Source: Candidatus Portnoybacteria bacterium (GTDB lineage Bacteria > Patescibacteriota > Minisyncoccia > Portnoybacterales > GWB1-42-6). Taken from it: a stretch of DNA of 64,000 nucleotides. Below, piece after piece: positions 17,780-27,550 of this stretch (within the stretch, counting starts at the first letter, position 1; every line of letters begins with the position of its first letter). The notes under the pieces were generated by a model. It was given only the letters and a program-made list of their open reading frames with translations. It was not told where the DNA came from and did not search any database. Where the stretch lies: contig JAQTYI010000002.1 of the NCBI GenBank assembly GCA_028688325.1, forward strand, positions 161,284 to 225,283, written 5' to 3'. Both the position numbers and the translations under genes were made by a program.

Positions 17780-18590
17780 TTTTAATTTCGTATTTGATCC
17801 GCCAATTAAATTTCTTTAATTGACAAGATCTATTTTCAATTCGTTCGGTTATTTTTTTCCTTGCGAGAATTCCGATGGCTTGCGCCTTGGAATTGCACCC
17901 CCGCGCTTTTTCTCGTATCACCGAATAAGCGATATGATTTTTCTGCTCCGCGTTAATATCCGCGTAGCAGATCCGCGTTTTAAGGCGCGGCATAAAGCGA
18001 GGTGTCCTCGAGGTTTAATCTGCCACCCCCCTTTTTATTCATTCCGCTACGTCCCGTAAACAAGACATTCGCGCAATGGGGGCCAAGTAATAAATAACCT
18101 CTGAATTGATTTTTTAATGATTTTTTGTTTTTTTTGTTTCAAAAAGCCACTCGGAAACGAAACTCAAAACATCTGAGGAATTTCAACCTCAAATGCTTGA
18201 CGACCTGCAGTTCCCTTCCGTGCCCCAAACCGGGCCTAATCCCGTTAGAAATTATTGAATAATCTTCTTAGCTCTTTAGCTTGCGCTTATTTATACGGAT
18301 AAGCCAGGTGCCGCCAAGCGATTACGCGATAATTTCTAACGGGACAAATCCCTTGTTTAAGACAAAAAATGGTCTTTTTTTCTATATAACGATTATATAA
18401 AATAACTACCCTTATAGTCAACCCCATTGGAAATTCATCCAAATATAGCTTTTATTCCGAATATAAGCCGGCGGCGGCTTCGCTTTTTCCGCTTATAATG
18501 CCGCAATTTTGGCTGAATTTCCAATGGAGCAGATCAGAACGACCTGCGGATAAACAATTCTTTTTTTTCTCTAAATAAGCCGATTTTTGT
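17780..18590 (-). promoter_or_regulatory. Long non-coding leader/promoter region upstream of the large surface-protein gene, with internal inverted and direct repeats
   Basis: 810 bp without ORFs >60 aa; a 17-bp inverted repeat cccgttagaaattattg / cgataatttctaacggg (18240-18350) encloses ~70 nt; three copies of TCCGCGT in 17925-17975; candidate structured 5' UTR. Confidence 0.4.
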
Positions 18591-19640
18591 CTATTTGGCC
18601 GATTCGGTCGTGGTTGCCGTCCCTTTAACCTCCGGAGTGGCCGCATCTTGCGTCATTTTATCGGTGCCAAAATCAATGGATTTGGCTGCCTTAAGCAAAT
18701 CCAGCGCCCCTGCCAAGTCACCCTTCCCCAGAAGGCCTTTCGCCCCATTTAGCAAATCCAAACTTTGCTCAAACTGGTTTATCAGCACGGCTCTTATCGG
18801 CAAGTTATCGGCAAGTTTATCGGCAAGTTTATCGGCAAGTTTTTGTTCTTTTGCCGATATTTGCTTTCTGGTGTACTCAATTTCGGATATTAACTTTTCG
18901 GCTATCTCCCGCGTGGTCGTAACATTCTTGTCTGAAATATTCAAAATCATCATCTCCAATGCCGCAATATTCGTTTCGTCGGCCGCCTTGGTCGCATCGG
19001 CCAGTTTGGCGGTCAATCCCGGCTTAATATCGCCCGCCAAGTTTTCTTTGGCCGCGGCCAGTGTTTTGCCAATCTGGGAGGATTTATCGCTAACCATCTT
19101 AGCGGCAGCCAGAGCTCTTTGCGGTTCGGCCCTGGTTCCTTCTTTTACTATAACCAATTGGTTTTGCATGCTCTCGGCCACCTGAGACATTTTTTCCGCT
19201 TTTTGATCAGCCGAGTCGTTGCTATTGGCCACATCGGTCAATTCCTGCAAGCGCGCATCGGCCAGCTGGGTCTGCAGTTTTAAACGGCTGTCGCCCGATA
19301 AAGATGCCGAGACCCTGGCTCTTTCCACGGCTAATTTAACCGGATACAGAGGGCTTCCGGGCATGGCCTGCCCGGCGGCCCAAACCGATAGCGTGCCCCC
19401 GCCGACAACCACCATTGCCGCCACCGCCAAACTATGAGCCCAATTGAAAGACGACTGCTGAATATTGCCCCAAAAAGCGAAAAGCTCTCTTAAAACAAAC
19501 GCATCCCTGTTCAAAAGGTTCTTTTTTCTGTCCATTTCCAAACGGAAAGCCAGGCGTGCGCGGCAAGACAAAACCCACTCCTCGGTGGGCTTGATTTCTT
19601 TGAGCGCTTGAATTTTAGAAATGAGTTGTTTTTCGTCCAT
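18591..19640 (-). CDS. DUF5667-like membrane protein (putative anti-sigma/sigma-associated partner) with internal (KLAD)x3 tandem repeat
   Basis: 349 aa; N-terminal domain and single TM (NWAHSLAVAAMVVVGGGTLSVWAAG) followed by PGSPLYPVKLAVERARV, as in DUF5667 proteins downstream of ECF-like sigma factors; 12-bp tandem repeat aaacttgccgat x3.9 at 18795-18845. Confidence 0.55.
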   Translation of the reverse strand: MDEKQLISKIQALKEIKPTEEWVLSCRARLAFRLEMDRKKNLLNRDAFVLRELFAFWGNIQQSSFNWAHSLAVAAMVVVGGGTLSVWAAGQAMPGSPLYPVKLAVERARVSASLSGDSRLKLQTQLADARLQELTDVANSNDSADQKAEKMSQVAESMQNQLVIVKEGTRAEPQRALAAAKMVSDKSSQIGKTLAAAKENLAGDIKPGLTAKLADATKAADETNIAALEMMILNISDKNVTTTREIAEKLISEIEYTRKQISAKEQKLADKLADKLADNLPIRAVLINQFEQSLDLLNGAKGLLGKGDLAGALDLLKAAKSIDFGTDKMTQDAATPEVKGTATTTESAK

Positions 19641-19848
19641 TACTAAATAAGACGAAAAAACAGCAAAAGTATTACAGCTATCTTAGAATTCCCGTGTTTA
19701 TACCATAAAATCAACCCGACCGAGATGTAAAATGCAAATTTCTAATTGTTCTAATTTCTAATTGACCTAATTAATGGCCAATGTCTAATGTTTAAATTTT
19801 AGAAATTGGGATTTGATTAGAAATTAGGTTAATTAGGTAATTAGAAAT
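19641..19848. repeat. AT-rich palindromic word-repeat element (copy 2 of the ttctaatt/aattagaa family)
   Basis: aaatttctaattgttctaatttctaattgacctaattaatggccaatgtctaatgtttaaattttagaaattgggatttgattagaaattaggttaattaggtaattagaaattt; about 85% identical to 1900-2009. Confidence 0.7.
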
Positions 19849-20379
19849 TTATTTTAAAACTTCCTTTAAGCTGCTCAACGCCCTAGACAACAAAGTCCTA
19901 ACCGTTCCCTCCCTTTTATCCAATATCTGGGCTATTTCCTTTATCTCCAGCTCGTCCAGATAGCGCCAAATGATGACTTCGCGATAATCGTCGCTCAACC
20001 GGCTTAAGGCCGTTTTCACCGCATCCATATCCAACGACACGGCCGCCGCCTCGCCGGGCCCGTCTTTTTTATCGGCAATCGTTTTATCGACAATCTCATC
20101 CAGCGACAATGGCGAGCGGTCTTTTTGCCGATAAAAATCAGTTATCAAATTACGCGCCACTTGATAAAAGAAGGCACGCGGATTTTTTAACTGCCGGTTG
20201 CCGGTTGCCGGTTGCCGATTGCCGATATATTGCCACGATTTCAAAAACACCTCCGAGGTCAAATCCTGCGCCTGTTCTTGCGAGCCGACGCGAAAATAAA
20301 TATAGCGGTAAATTTTCCCGACATGCGCGTCATAAAGCTCCAAAAATTGTTGTTCATTGATTTGACTCTGATTGTCCAT
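19849..20379 (-). CDS. RNA polymerase sigma factor, sigma-70 family (ECF-like), containing a tandem heptamer repeat in the coding sequence
   Basis: 176 aa; region 2 (YRYIYFRVGSQEQAQDLTSEVFLKSW) and region 4 (DYREVIIWRYLDELEIKEIAQILDKREGTVRTLLSRAL). 7-bp units (ccggcaa/tcggcaa) x5 at 20196-20230 encode GNRQPATGNRQ. Confidence 0.85.
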   Translation of the reverse strand: MDNQSQINEQQFLELYDAHVGKIYRYIYFRVGSQEQAQDLTSEVFLKSWQYIGNRQPATGNRQLKNPRAFFYQVARNLITDFYRQKDRSPLSLDEIVDKTIADKKDGPGEAAAVSLDMDAVKTALSRLSDDYREVIIWRYLDELEIKEIAQILDKREGTVRTLLSRALSSLKEVLK

Positions 20380-20573
20380 GTTTCCAAAATTTGCTGCAAA
20401 TTAGCTTAAATAAAGTTTTCAATTTTCAATGCTCAATTTTTCACCCTTCGGGTGACCACCCGTAGGGTGGCAATCAATTATCAAATTTTCATTGAACATT
20501 GGTAATTGAAAATTCATTGATAATTGGAAATTGATAATTTTTAATCTATATAGTTATGCAAAAATAGTGGTTG
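20380..20573. repeat. AT-rich word-repeat element containing two short GC hairpins
   Basis: ttttcaattttcaatgctcaatttttcacccttcgggtgaccacccgtagggtggcaatcaattatcaaattttcattgaacattggtaattgaaaattcattgataattggaaattgataattt; hairpins cacccttcgggtg and ccacccgtagggtgg; may also act as the GalU terminator. Confidence 0.6.
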
Positions 20574-21443
20574 TTATAGCCATAGTTTCTTCATAAACTT
20601 ACCCAAATCCTTTTTCAACTCCGGCCGGTCCATCGCGTAAATCAGATTGGCTTTCAAATAATTCAACGGGTCTCCGGTCGTCAACCATTGGCCGCCTTTG
20701 ACCGGCTTAGCCATAAAAACCCCGCCTTGTTTGACATAAGCCCTGATAGCGTCCACGATCCAAAGCTCGTTGTTTTTTCCCAAAGCGGTTTTCTTTAAAA
20801 TATTGACGATATCCTGATTCAAAATCATCCGCCCGAAATCCGCCAAACACGAAGGCGCCTGGCCCAGAGGCGGTTTTTCAACGATATCTTCTATTTGCAT
20901 CGTGCCCTTTTTCAGCTTTATTATACCGTATCGGGAGACCTCGCTGGCAGCCACTTTCTGGACGCCGATCATCAGATTGCCGTATTTGCCGTAATCGTCA
21001 ATCATTTGTTTTGTGAAAGAAACCTTTGATTTGACCAAGTCGTCGCCCCAGGCGAATATGAACGGCTCATTATCCACCAGGGTAGCGGCGGACAAAACCG
21101 GCGTGCCGTTGCCATAAGGCCCTTTTTGGCGCACATAGATAAAATTCGCCAATTCGGATATCTTTTTTACCCGCTCGCGCAAGGTTTCTTTACCTGCTTT
21201 TTTCAATTCATCCATTAACGCCCAGTTATGGTCAAAGTGGTCTTCTAACGGCTTTTTATCCCATTTTGTGACCAAAATTATATCTTCGATACCCGCGGCT
21301 ACCAGTTCTTCAATAACAAGCTGAATTATGGGCTTATCCACGATGGGCAGCATTTCCTTTGGCATGGCCTTGGTTGCCGGCAAAAGCCGGGTTCCGGAAC
21401 CCGCCACCGCCACGATCGCTTTTTTAATCAGCTTCTTTTTCAT
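20574..21443 (-). CDS. galU: UTP--glucose-1-phosphate uridylyltransferase
   Basis: 289 aa; nucleotidyltransferase N-terminus AIVAVAGSGTRLLPATKAMPKEMLPIVDKPIIQLVIEE typical of GalU. Confidence 0.9.
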   Translation of the reverse strand: MKKKLIKKAIVAVAGSGTRLLPATKAMPKEMLPIVDKPIIQLVIEELVAAGIEDIILVTKWDKKPLEDHFDHNWALMDELKKAGKETLRERVKKISELANFIYVRQKGPYGNGTPVLSAATLVDNEPFIFAWGDDLVKSKVSFTKQMIDDYGKYGNLMIGVQKVAASEVSRYGIIKLKKGTMQIEDIVEKPPLGQAPSCLADFGRMILNQDIVNILKKTALGKNNELWIVDAIRAYVKQGGVFMAKPVKGGQWLTTGDPLNYLKANLIYAMDRPELKKDLGKFMKKLWL

Positions 21444-21475
21444 ATTTTTTATCGGAAATCTTATTGCCGATAAGC

Positions 21476-22126
21476 TTATTTCACGGAATACTCAGTGGCC
21501 TTTTTTTCTCCGCTCTTTTTTATCAAGCCGGCTCTGGCCATACCAGCAAGCTCGTTGCGCAATGTGCGTTCGGATATGTCATTTTTAAAAAGGGGAGACA
21601 AATCAGATATTTTTAGAGGAGCGTTTTTGTCCAGCGCCGCGAGTATCTTTGACCGGCGGCCGCTTGAATTTACTTGAGCGGAAGCGGCTGGCTTTTGAGA
21701 AGAACGCCTTTCGGGCGCTTTAATATTGTGCGACACAATATTATTTCTTTTTCCCGGCTCCCCGGCGGCGCCCCGTTCGCCCGCTTTCAACCTAAAAACA
21801 ACCTCCTGCTGCAATTTATGGTATTCAAAATCGAGTATCGTCCAATTTATCGGCTTGACCCAGTTTTGCGCTTTGGCTATCTCAAAATATATTTTCAGGC
21901 GGTCGATGTTTTTCTCAATCGGGATGAAAATTCCTTGCGCCAAATCACCCGCTATCCGGTTGCCAAGCTCGCGCAACTGGCCGGACAGAACTTCTCTTTG
22001 AGGAAAACCGTCTGTTATCCGATAAATCGCTAAACTTAAATTCAGAGCCCTCCGTGAAAATTCACGGCTCTTCATAAGTATTATTTTATTATGTCTATGA
22101 TAACCCTCAAGGGCATCTCGGGTCAA
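21476..22126 (-). CDS. Divergent four-helix-bundle-like N-terminal domain fused to a C-terminal winged-helix-like domain; function unknown
   Basis: 216 aa; N-terminus ALNLSLAIYRITDGFPQREVLSGQLRELGNRIAGDLAQG follows the four-helix-bundle pattern (FP..E...L.sQlrRa..si..NIAEG) in diverged form; C-terminal 70 aa (ILAALDKNAPLKISDLSPLF...LIKKSGEKKATEYSV) look like a wHTH. Start may be the internal MKSREF. Confidence 0.45.
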   Translation of the reverse strand: MTRDALEGYHRHNKIILMKSREFSRRALNLSLAIYRITDGFPQREVLSGQLRELGNRIAGDLAQGIFIPIEKNIDRLKIYFEIAKAQNWVKPINWTILDFEYHKLQQEVVFRLKAGERGAAGEPGKRNNIVSHNIKAPERRSSQKPAASAQVNSSGRRSKILAALDKNAPLKISDLSPLFKNDISERTLRNELAGMARAGLIKKSGEKKATEYSVK

Positions 22127-22355
22127 TGAAAAACGAAAAAACGGCCCGCGGCGAGCAAGTCGTTTCTTCGTTTTGATGAAACAATTGATTCTTCGTATCG
22201 TTTTTTATAATATTCGGATATTCTCCCGATTTTAATCTTTTCCGCCAATCCCCGTTCTTTTTATTCCAAGATATTGTGCGACATTATATTTTATGCTTCG
22301 CCTTTATCGTTTGTGAAACAAAAAATAAAATTAACGGCATCGCCTGTCGTTAATT

Positions 22356-23306
22356 TTATTTTTTCAAACTTTTTCGCTTTACAATTTTACTGAAATATTC
22401 GATGGTCTTTGAAATCCCCTCTTCCAACTCAATCTTCGGTTGCCAACCGAGTTCTTGACGGGCCAAAGATATGTCGGGCTGGCGCTGCTTGGGATCGTCT
22501 TGCGGCAAGGGCTTGTAAGTAATCTTACTTTTGGAACCGGTTAGTTCAATGATTTTCTCCGCCAATTCTTTTATGGTGAATTCTTCGGGGTTACCTATAT
22601 TCACCGGCCCGGCAAACGCGTCCGGCGATTCCATCAGCAAAACCAACCCTCTTATCATATCTTCAATATAGCAAAAACTTCTGGTCTGGCCGCCATCGCC
22701 ATAGATTGTTATGTCTTGCTCCCGCAAGGCCTGCACGATGAAATTGGAAACCACCCGGCCGTCATCCGCTGCCATGCCCGGCCCGTAGGTATTAAAAATG
22801 CGCGCCACTTTTATTTTCACTCCTCGCTCCCGGCGATGGTCAAAAAACAGCGTTTCCGCGCACCGCTTCCCCTCATCATAGCAGCTGCGCGGACCGATGG
22901 GGTTTACATTGCCCCAATAGCTTTCCGGCTGCGGATGAATGACCGGGTCGCCGTAGACCTCGGAAGTTGACGCTTGCAAAATCCGGCAATCAAGTTTTTC
23001 AGCCAAATTCAAAGAGCTTAACGCGCCCAGGATATTGGTTTCAACGGTCTTGATGGGATTTTTCTGGTACCAGATCGGCGAAGCAGGACAGGCCAAATTG
23101 TAAATTCCGTTGACCTTAAAAAAATAGGGCTTCTCCACATCGCCCTTGACCAGCATGAATTTTTTATCGGCCGATAAATGCTTAATATTGCCTTTTGAGC
23201 CGCTGAAAAAATTATCAAAACAGATAACCTCGTCTCCTCTTTTCAGCAAATATTCGCACAAATTGGAACCGATAAATCCGGCCCCGCCAGTGACAAGTAT
23301 TTTCAT
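22356..23306 (-). CDS. uxs: UDP-glucuronate decarboxylase (UDP-xylose synthase), SDR family
   Basis: 316 aa; [39 protein letters not shown] (YxxxK), NTYGPGM: hallmark UXS/ArnA-decarboxylase-type motifs. Confidence 0.85.
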   Translation of the reverse strand: MKILVTGGAGFIGSNLCEYLLKRGDEVICFDNFFSGSKGNIKHLSADKKFMLVKGDVEKPYFFKVNGIYNLACPASPIWYQKNPIKTVETNILGALSSLNLAEKLDCRILQASTSEVYGDPVIHPQPESYWGNVNPIGPRSCYDEGKRCAETLFFDHRRERGVKIKVARIFNTYGPGMAADDGRVVSNFIVQALREQDITIYGDGGQTRSFCYIEDMIRGLVLLMESPDAFAGPVNIGNPEEFTIKELAEKIIELTGSKSKITYKPLPQDDPKQRQPDISLARQELGWQPKIELEEGISKTIEYFSKIVKRKSLKK

Positions 23307-24052
23307 AAATTTATCATAATTTCCTTCATCAGCTCTTTTATTTTGTCCTCTCCCGCCAAACCGATGCCACCTTGTTTATCAACCAAAACCAATCCTAAAA
23401 CTTTGCCCTCTATATTGCCCAGCGCCGCGCCGTTGGCCAGAGACGAATCGGTAAAGGTAAATGATGTTCCGGGCGTCAATGTTTTGACAAAGCCAAGGTT
23501 TACGAATCTGGAAAAGTTGCCGCCGGCCTTAGATGCGCCCGCCAAAAAAACTTTCTCGCCGAGGCGCAAATTGCCGCTATCCCCGAAATCCACCACTGGT
23601 AAATTATTGGCGTCGATTTTAAGCAGGGCCAGGTTCTTGATTTTATCTTGCTTTATCAGCTGCGCTTCATATTGTTTGTCGCCGCGCACCACTAAAATCT
23701 TTGAGCCCTTGGGCGCGCTGAAATTGGCCGTGGCGATAAGCCCGTCGCCGGTCAGGATAAAACCGGAATTGGCTATGGGTTTGGCGCCTGCCAGCACCGC
23801 CACAGTGGCGTTGCCGACTTTATCAACGGCTTCCTGATAAGCGGTTCCCTGGGAAATATAAACTCTTTCGGTCTTGTTGATTATCGTTGTGGCGTCGCTC
23901 ACATTGTAAAGCCAAGCAACTTTGTTGAAAGGCGAAAAGTTTGTTACCCACGGCAAAAACGCCCGGCTGAAAAAAACGCCGCCGGTTCCGCCGACCAAGA
24001 ACACTAAAAGCCAGAAGCCGATTATTTTTTTATAGTTGATTTTCTTAGGCAT
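23303..24052 (-). CDS. Membrane-anchored HtrA/DegP-like trypsin-fold protein lacking the catalytic triad and PDZ domains (pseudo-protease)
   Basis: 249 aa; N-terminal TM; aligns to the S1C protease domain ([15 protein letters not shown] ~ GSGFIIS.DGYILTNNHVV; [15 protein letters not shown] ~ DLALLKI; [22 protein letters not shown] ~ TDAAINPGNSGGPLvN), but H, D and S positions read F/N/A. Confidence 0.55.
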   Translation of the reverse strand: MPKKINYKKIIGFWLLVFLVGGTGGVFFSRAFLPWVTNFSPFNKVAWLYNVSDATTIINKTERVYISQGTAYQEAVDKVGNATVAVLAGAKPIANSGFILTGDGLIATANFSAPKGSKILVVRGDKQYEAQLIKQDKIKNLALLKIDANNLPVVDFGDSGNLRLGEKVFLAGASKAGGNFSRFVNLGFVKTLTPGTSFTFTDSSLANGAALGNIEGKVLGLVLVDKQGGIGLAGEDKIKELMKEIMINL

Positions 24053-24093
24053 TGTATCTTATGTTTTCAAGCTGCTCGGGCGCGGTCTTTTGG

Positions 24094-24119
24094 CTGCTTT
24101 TCTGCTGACAGAAAAGCAG
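24094..24119 (-). terminator. Hairpin immediately downstream of clpB (putative terminator; no clear U-tract)
   Basis: ctgcttttct gctgac agaaaagcag; 10-bp perfect stem 12 nt past the clpB stop. Confidence 0.4.
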
Positions 24120-24130
24120 CAGATAAATAT

Positions 24131-26740
24131 TTACTTAATAACTATTCCCTTCTCATCCGCGTCAATCGCGACAGGAGCTTCCTCGCCGATCTCCCCGGCC
24201 AGAATCTTTTTGGCAATAGCATCCAAGATCACCTGCTGTATCAAGCGCTTCAAGGGGCGGGCGCCGTAGTTGGGATCATAACCCTTATCGGCCAGGAATT
24301 TCCTGGCGCGCCCGGAAACCTTTATTTTTATTTTCTTGGCCGCCAATCGTTTTTGCACCAGACCCAACTGCAAATCCACTATCTGCGCCAAATTCTCTTT
24401 AGTCAAGCTGTCAAACACGATTTTCTCATCCACGCGGTTCAAAAATTCCGGCTTGAAATTCTGGCGCAGCGATTCCAGCACTTTATTTTTCATCGCCTGC
24501 TGCTCGCGCTTAACCGGTTCATCGCCCGAAAAGCCGAGGGTGAAGCTTTTCACTATCTCGTTGCCGATATTTGAAGTCATTATAATAATGGTGTTTTTAA
24601 AATTCACCACCCGCCCCTTGCTGTCGGTCAGGCGGCCGTCGTCCAGAATTTGCAACATCATATTGAAAACTTCCGGATGCGCTTTTTCTATCTCGTCAAA
24701 AAGCACCACGCTGTAGGGGCGGCGGCGTATGGCTTCGGTCAGCTGCCCACCTTCTTCAAAGCCAACATATCCGGGCGGAGAGCCCACCATGCGCGAAACG
24801 GAATGGCGTTCCATATATTCGGACATATCTAAACGCACGATGGCATTTTCATCGTTGAACATAAATTCGGCCAAGGCCTTGGCCAACTCTGTTTTTCCAA
24901 CACCGGTAGGTCCCAAAAAAATGAAAGAACCGATGGGCCGCTTTTCTTCCGAGACCCCGGCCCGGGCGCGGCGCACCGCGTTGGCAATGGCGGCAATCGC
25001 CTCTTCCTGATCCACTATGCGCTTGTGCAATTCATCTTCCATGCGTGTGAGCTTTTGCATTTCTCCTTCCAGCATCTTCTGCACAGGAATACCCGTCCAG
25101 CGAGCCACGACACGCGCAATTTCCGATTCGCCTATTTCTTCCTTAAGAAGGGGTTTATCTTTTTGAAAATCAACCAGCTTTTTTTGAGTGGCCTTCATAA
25201 GTTTTTCCTGATCGGGTATCTTGCCGTATCTTATTTCCGCCACTTTTTCCAGATTTCCTTCGCGCGAAGCGATATCCGCCTCTTGTTTCAGCGCATCTAT
25301 TTTTTTCTTGGCTTCGCTTATTTTCACTATCAGTTCGTGTTCGTTCTTCCAGCGAAGCTCGGCCTCTTTGGATTTTTCCTTGAGGTCGGCCAGTTGTTTT
25401 TCCACCTGGCGGAGCTTGGAGCGCGCATCTTTTGATTTTTCCTTTTTTAATGCCTGCTTTTCTATCTCCAATTGAATAATTTTTCTTTTTTGCTGATCCA
25501 GCTCGGTAGGCATGCTGTCTATCTCCAAGCGCAAAGCACTGGCCGCCTCGTCTATAAGGTCGACGGCTTTATCCGGCAAAAATCTGTCGGAAATATAACG
25601 CGAACTCAAATTGGCTGCCGCGATTATTGCCCCGTCGGTGATGCGCACGCCGTGGTGCACTTCGTATTTTTCTTTCAAACCGCGCAAAATGGCGATAGTG
25701 TCTTTAATATTGGGTTCGGACACGAACACCTGCTGGAACCGGCGAGCCAGAGCCGGATCGCGCTCGATATATTTTTGGTATTCCTTCAACGAAGTGGCTC
25801 CGATGGCCCGCAATTCGCCCCGCGCCAGCGCCGGCTTTAGTAAATTAGAAGCATCGATCGCGCCTTCAGCCGCGCCCGCTCCAACCAGTGTGTGCAGCTC
25901 GTCGATGAATAAAATATATTTGCCGGCCGAGCGGTCGACTTCCTTGAGCACCGCTTTTATCCTGTCTTCAAATTCTCCGCGAAATTTCGTGCCAGCCACC
26001 AAGGCCCCCAAATCCATAGAGATAAGTTCCTTATTTTTCAAGGACTCCGGCACATCGCCGCTCACGATGCGCTGCGCCAAGCCCTCAACGATGGCGGTTT
26101 TTCCAACACCCGCTTCGCCGATAAGCACGGGGTTGTTCTTAGTGCGGCGGCTCAACACCTGCATCACGCGCCTGATTTCTTCGTCGCGGCCAATGACCGG
26201 ATCCAATTTTTCCTTGCGCGCCAAGTCCGTTAAATTGCGCGCGTATTTTTCCAGCACCTGATATTTACTTTCCGGCTCCACATCCGTTACTTTCTGGCCG
26301 CCCCGCACCGTATCCAAAATGGCCAGCACATTGCTTTTTTCAACATTAAAACTTTTAAAAAGCTCCCTGGAGCGGCTGGGAATATCCAAAACGGCCAAAA
26401 GCAAGTGTTCAACCGAAACATATTCGTCGCCCAATCCATGGGCTTCGCGGCTGGCCTGGTTAACGAGCCGCCCCAGCTCCGGGCTCAACATCACCTGGCC
26501 GAAAGGCACCTCGCCCAATATCCTGGGCAATTTAGTAATTTCTTTTTCCAATTCCGTTTCCAAAAATGATAGGCCGACTTCCAGTTTTTCCAGCAAGGTT
26601 TTAACTATCCCGCCTTCCTGCAAAATCAAAGCCAGCGCCAGATGCAGGATGTCTATCTGGGTTTGTCCGCGCTCACTGGCAAAATTATGCGCCTCGCGCA
26701 AGGCCTCCTGGGCTTTAATTGTGAATTTGTCTATTTGCAT
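24131..26740 (-). CDS. clpB: ATP-dependent chaperone ClpB (Clp/Hsp100 disaggregase)
   Basis: 869 aa; Clp N-domain repeats, two AAA+ modules ([15 protein letters not shown]; [15 protein letters not shown]), long coiled-coil M-domain between NBD1 and NBD2. Confidence 0.95.
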   Translation of the reverse strand: MQIDKFTIKAQEALREAHNFASERGQTQIDILHLALALILQEGGIVKTLLEKLEVGLSFLETELEKEITKLPRILGEVPFGQVMLSPELGRLVNQASREAHGLGDEYVSVEHLLLAVLDIPSRSRELFKSFNVEKSNVLAILDTVRGGQKVTDVEPESKYQVLEKYARNLTDLARKEKLDPVIGRDEEIRRVMQVLSRRTKNNPVLIGEAGVGKTAIVEGLAQRIVSGDVPESLKNKELISMDLGALVAGTKFRGEFEDRIKAVLKEVDRSAGKYILFIDELHTLVGAGAAEGAIDASNLLKPALARGELRAIGATSLKEYQKYIERDPALARRFQQVFVSEPNIKDTIAILRGLKEKYEVHHGVRITDGAIIAAANLSSRYISDRFLPDKAVDLIDEAASALRLEIDSMPTELDQQKRKIIQLEIEKQALKKEKSKDARSKLRQVEKQLADLKEKSKEAELRWKNEHELIVKISEAKKKIDALKQEADIASREGNLEKVAEIRYGKIPDQEKLMKATQKKLVDFQKDKPLLKEEIGESEIARVVARWTGIPVQKMLEGEMQKLTRMEDELHKRIVDQEEAIAAIANAVRRARAGVSEEKRPIGSFIFLGPTGVGKTELAKALAEFMFNDENAIVRLDMSEYMERHSVSRMVGSPPGYVGFEEGGQLTEAIRRRPYSVVLFDEIEKAHPEVFNMMLQILDDGRLTDSKGRVVNFKNTIIIMTSNIGNEIVKSFTLGFSGDEPVKREQQAMKNKVLESLRQNFKPEFLNRVDEKIVFDSLTKENLAQIVDLQLGLVQKRLAAKKIKIKVSGRARKFLADKGYDPNYGARPLKRLIQQVILDAIAKKILAGEIGEEAPVAIDADEKGIVIK

Positions 26741-26829
26741 AATACCCTACGAATTTACCAATTTTTACAAATATTACTAATAGGAACTAATATTCGTAAA
26801 CTTAGTAAAAAATTCGTAATTTAGTAGGG
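26741..26829 (-). promoter_or_regulatory. clpB upstream region with repeated ATTCGTAA-type motifs (candidate stress-regulator operator)
   Basis: ccctacgaatttacc ... ctaatattcgtaaacttagtaaaaaattcgtaatttagtaggg; three TTCGTAA cores, two as a direct repeat attcgtaa(a/t)(c/t)ttagta spaced ~20 bp; outer inverted repeat ccctacgaattt / aaattcgta...taggg. Confidence 0.35.
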
Positions 26830-27216
26830 TTAATTTTTATTTTTCCGATAGTTTTCAATCGCCGCTCTCAATCCCTCAACCGCCAAACCAGCGCAATGCG
26901 TTTTAATCGGCGGCAAAGAACCGAGCGATTTTGCCACATCGGTATACTCAATTTTCAGCGCCTGCTCCAGCACCTTGCCCTTGGCCAGCTCCGTTATCAT
27001 GGAAGAAGTCGCGATGGCCGCCACACAGCCCAATGTTTCAAACTTAATGTCTTTGATAATTTCTTGTTTTTTTGAATTTTTGCCGACCTTAATATAGATA
27101 TTCATCATATCGCCGCAAACGGGATTCCCAACTTCGCCCACGCCGTCGGGATTTGGCATCTTACCCATATTACTGGGTTTTTGAAAATGCTTGATTACTT
27201 CTTTGGAATATAACAT
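26830..27216 (-). CDS. iscU: Fe-S cluster assembly scaffold protein, NifU/IscU N-terminal type
   Basis: 128 aa; three conserved Cys in GNPVCGDMMNIYIKV, FETLGCVAAIATSSM, PPIKTHCAGLAVEGL. Confidence 0.85.
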   Translation of the reverse strand: MLYSKEVIKHFQKPSNMGKMPNPDGVGEVGNPVCGDMMNIYIKVGKNSKKQEIIKDIKFETLGCVAAIATSSMITELAKGKVLEQALKIEYTDVAKSLGSLPPIKTHCAGLAVEGLRAAIENYRKNKN

Positions 27217-27252
27217 AGATTTTAATTTAAAATGACAATGTAAAATTCAAAA

Positions 27253-27435
27253 TTATTTTTTTGGCCGATAAGCGCAAACAACTATATCCACGGGCTCTAT
27301 GCCTCTAAAATAATCGCAGATAGAAACATTTTTAACCGCGCATTTATGTTTTTTTGTATTTTCCTTTTTATTCCAAGGACATTCATTCTGGTTCCAGAAA
27401 ATTTTCTTCGGATCAGTCGTCAAATCAATATCCAT
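27253..27435 (-). CDS. Small Cys-containing protein (60 aa) between the cysteine desulfurase and scaffold genes; function unknown
   Basis: 4 Cys (C19, C32, C39, C54); strong SD (AAAGGGGG) 5 nt upstream of the ATG; packed between nifS-like and iscU-like genes, so probably co-transcribed. Confidence 0.4.
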   Translation of the reverse strand: MDIDLTTDPKKIFWNQNECPWNKKENTKKHKCAVKNVSICDYFRGIEPVDIVVCAYRPKK

Positions 27436-27550
27436 ATTCGCCCCCTTTAATTTAAAAATTTTACACTTTTAACTGTCATTTTGATATTTACATTTTTTAA
27501 ATTTTTAATTTGGAAAAACAATATTTTTGCAAAATTAACCAAGTCATAAA

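Noticed and set aside
17900-18010. c-di-GMP-I (GEMM)-like riboswitch in the surface-protein leader
   Set aside because: Only a weak resemblance (ggcgcaagcc versus GACGCAAAGCC) without the paired GGCAAACC element or the two-hairpin architecture; not supportable by eye.
18795-20230. Possible CRISPR array suggested by short tandem repeats
   Set aside because: The repeats are 7-bp and 12-bp in-frame coding tandem repeats inside the sigma and DUF5667 genes, with no repeat-spacer periodicity. No CRISPR-like array or cas genes were seen anywhere in the window.
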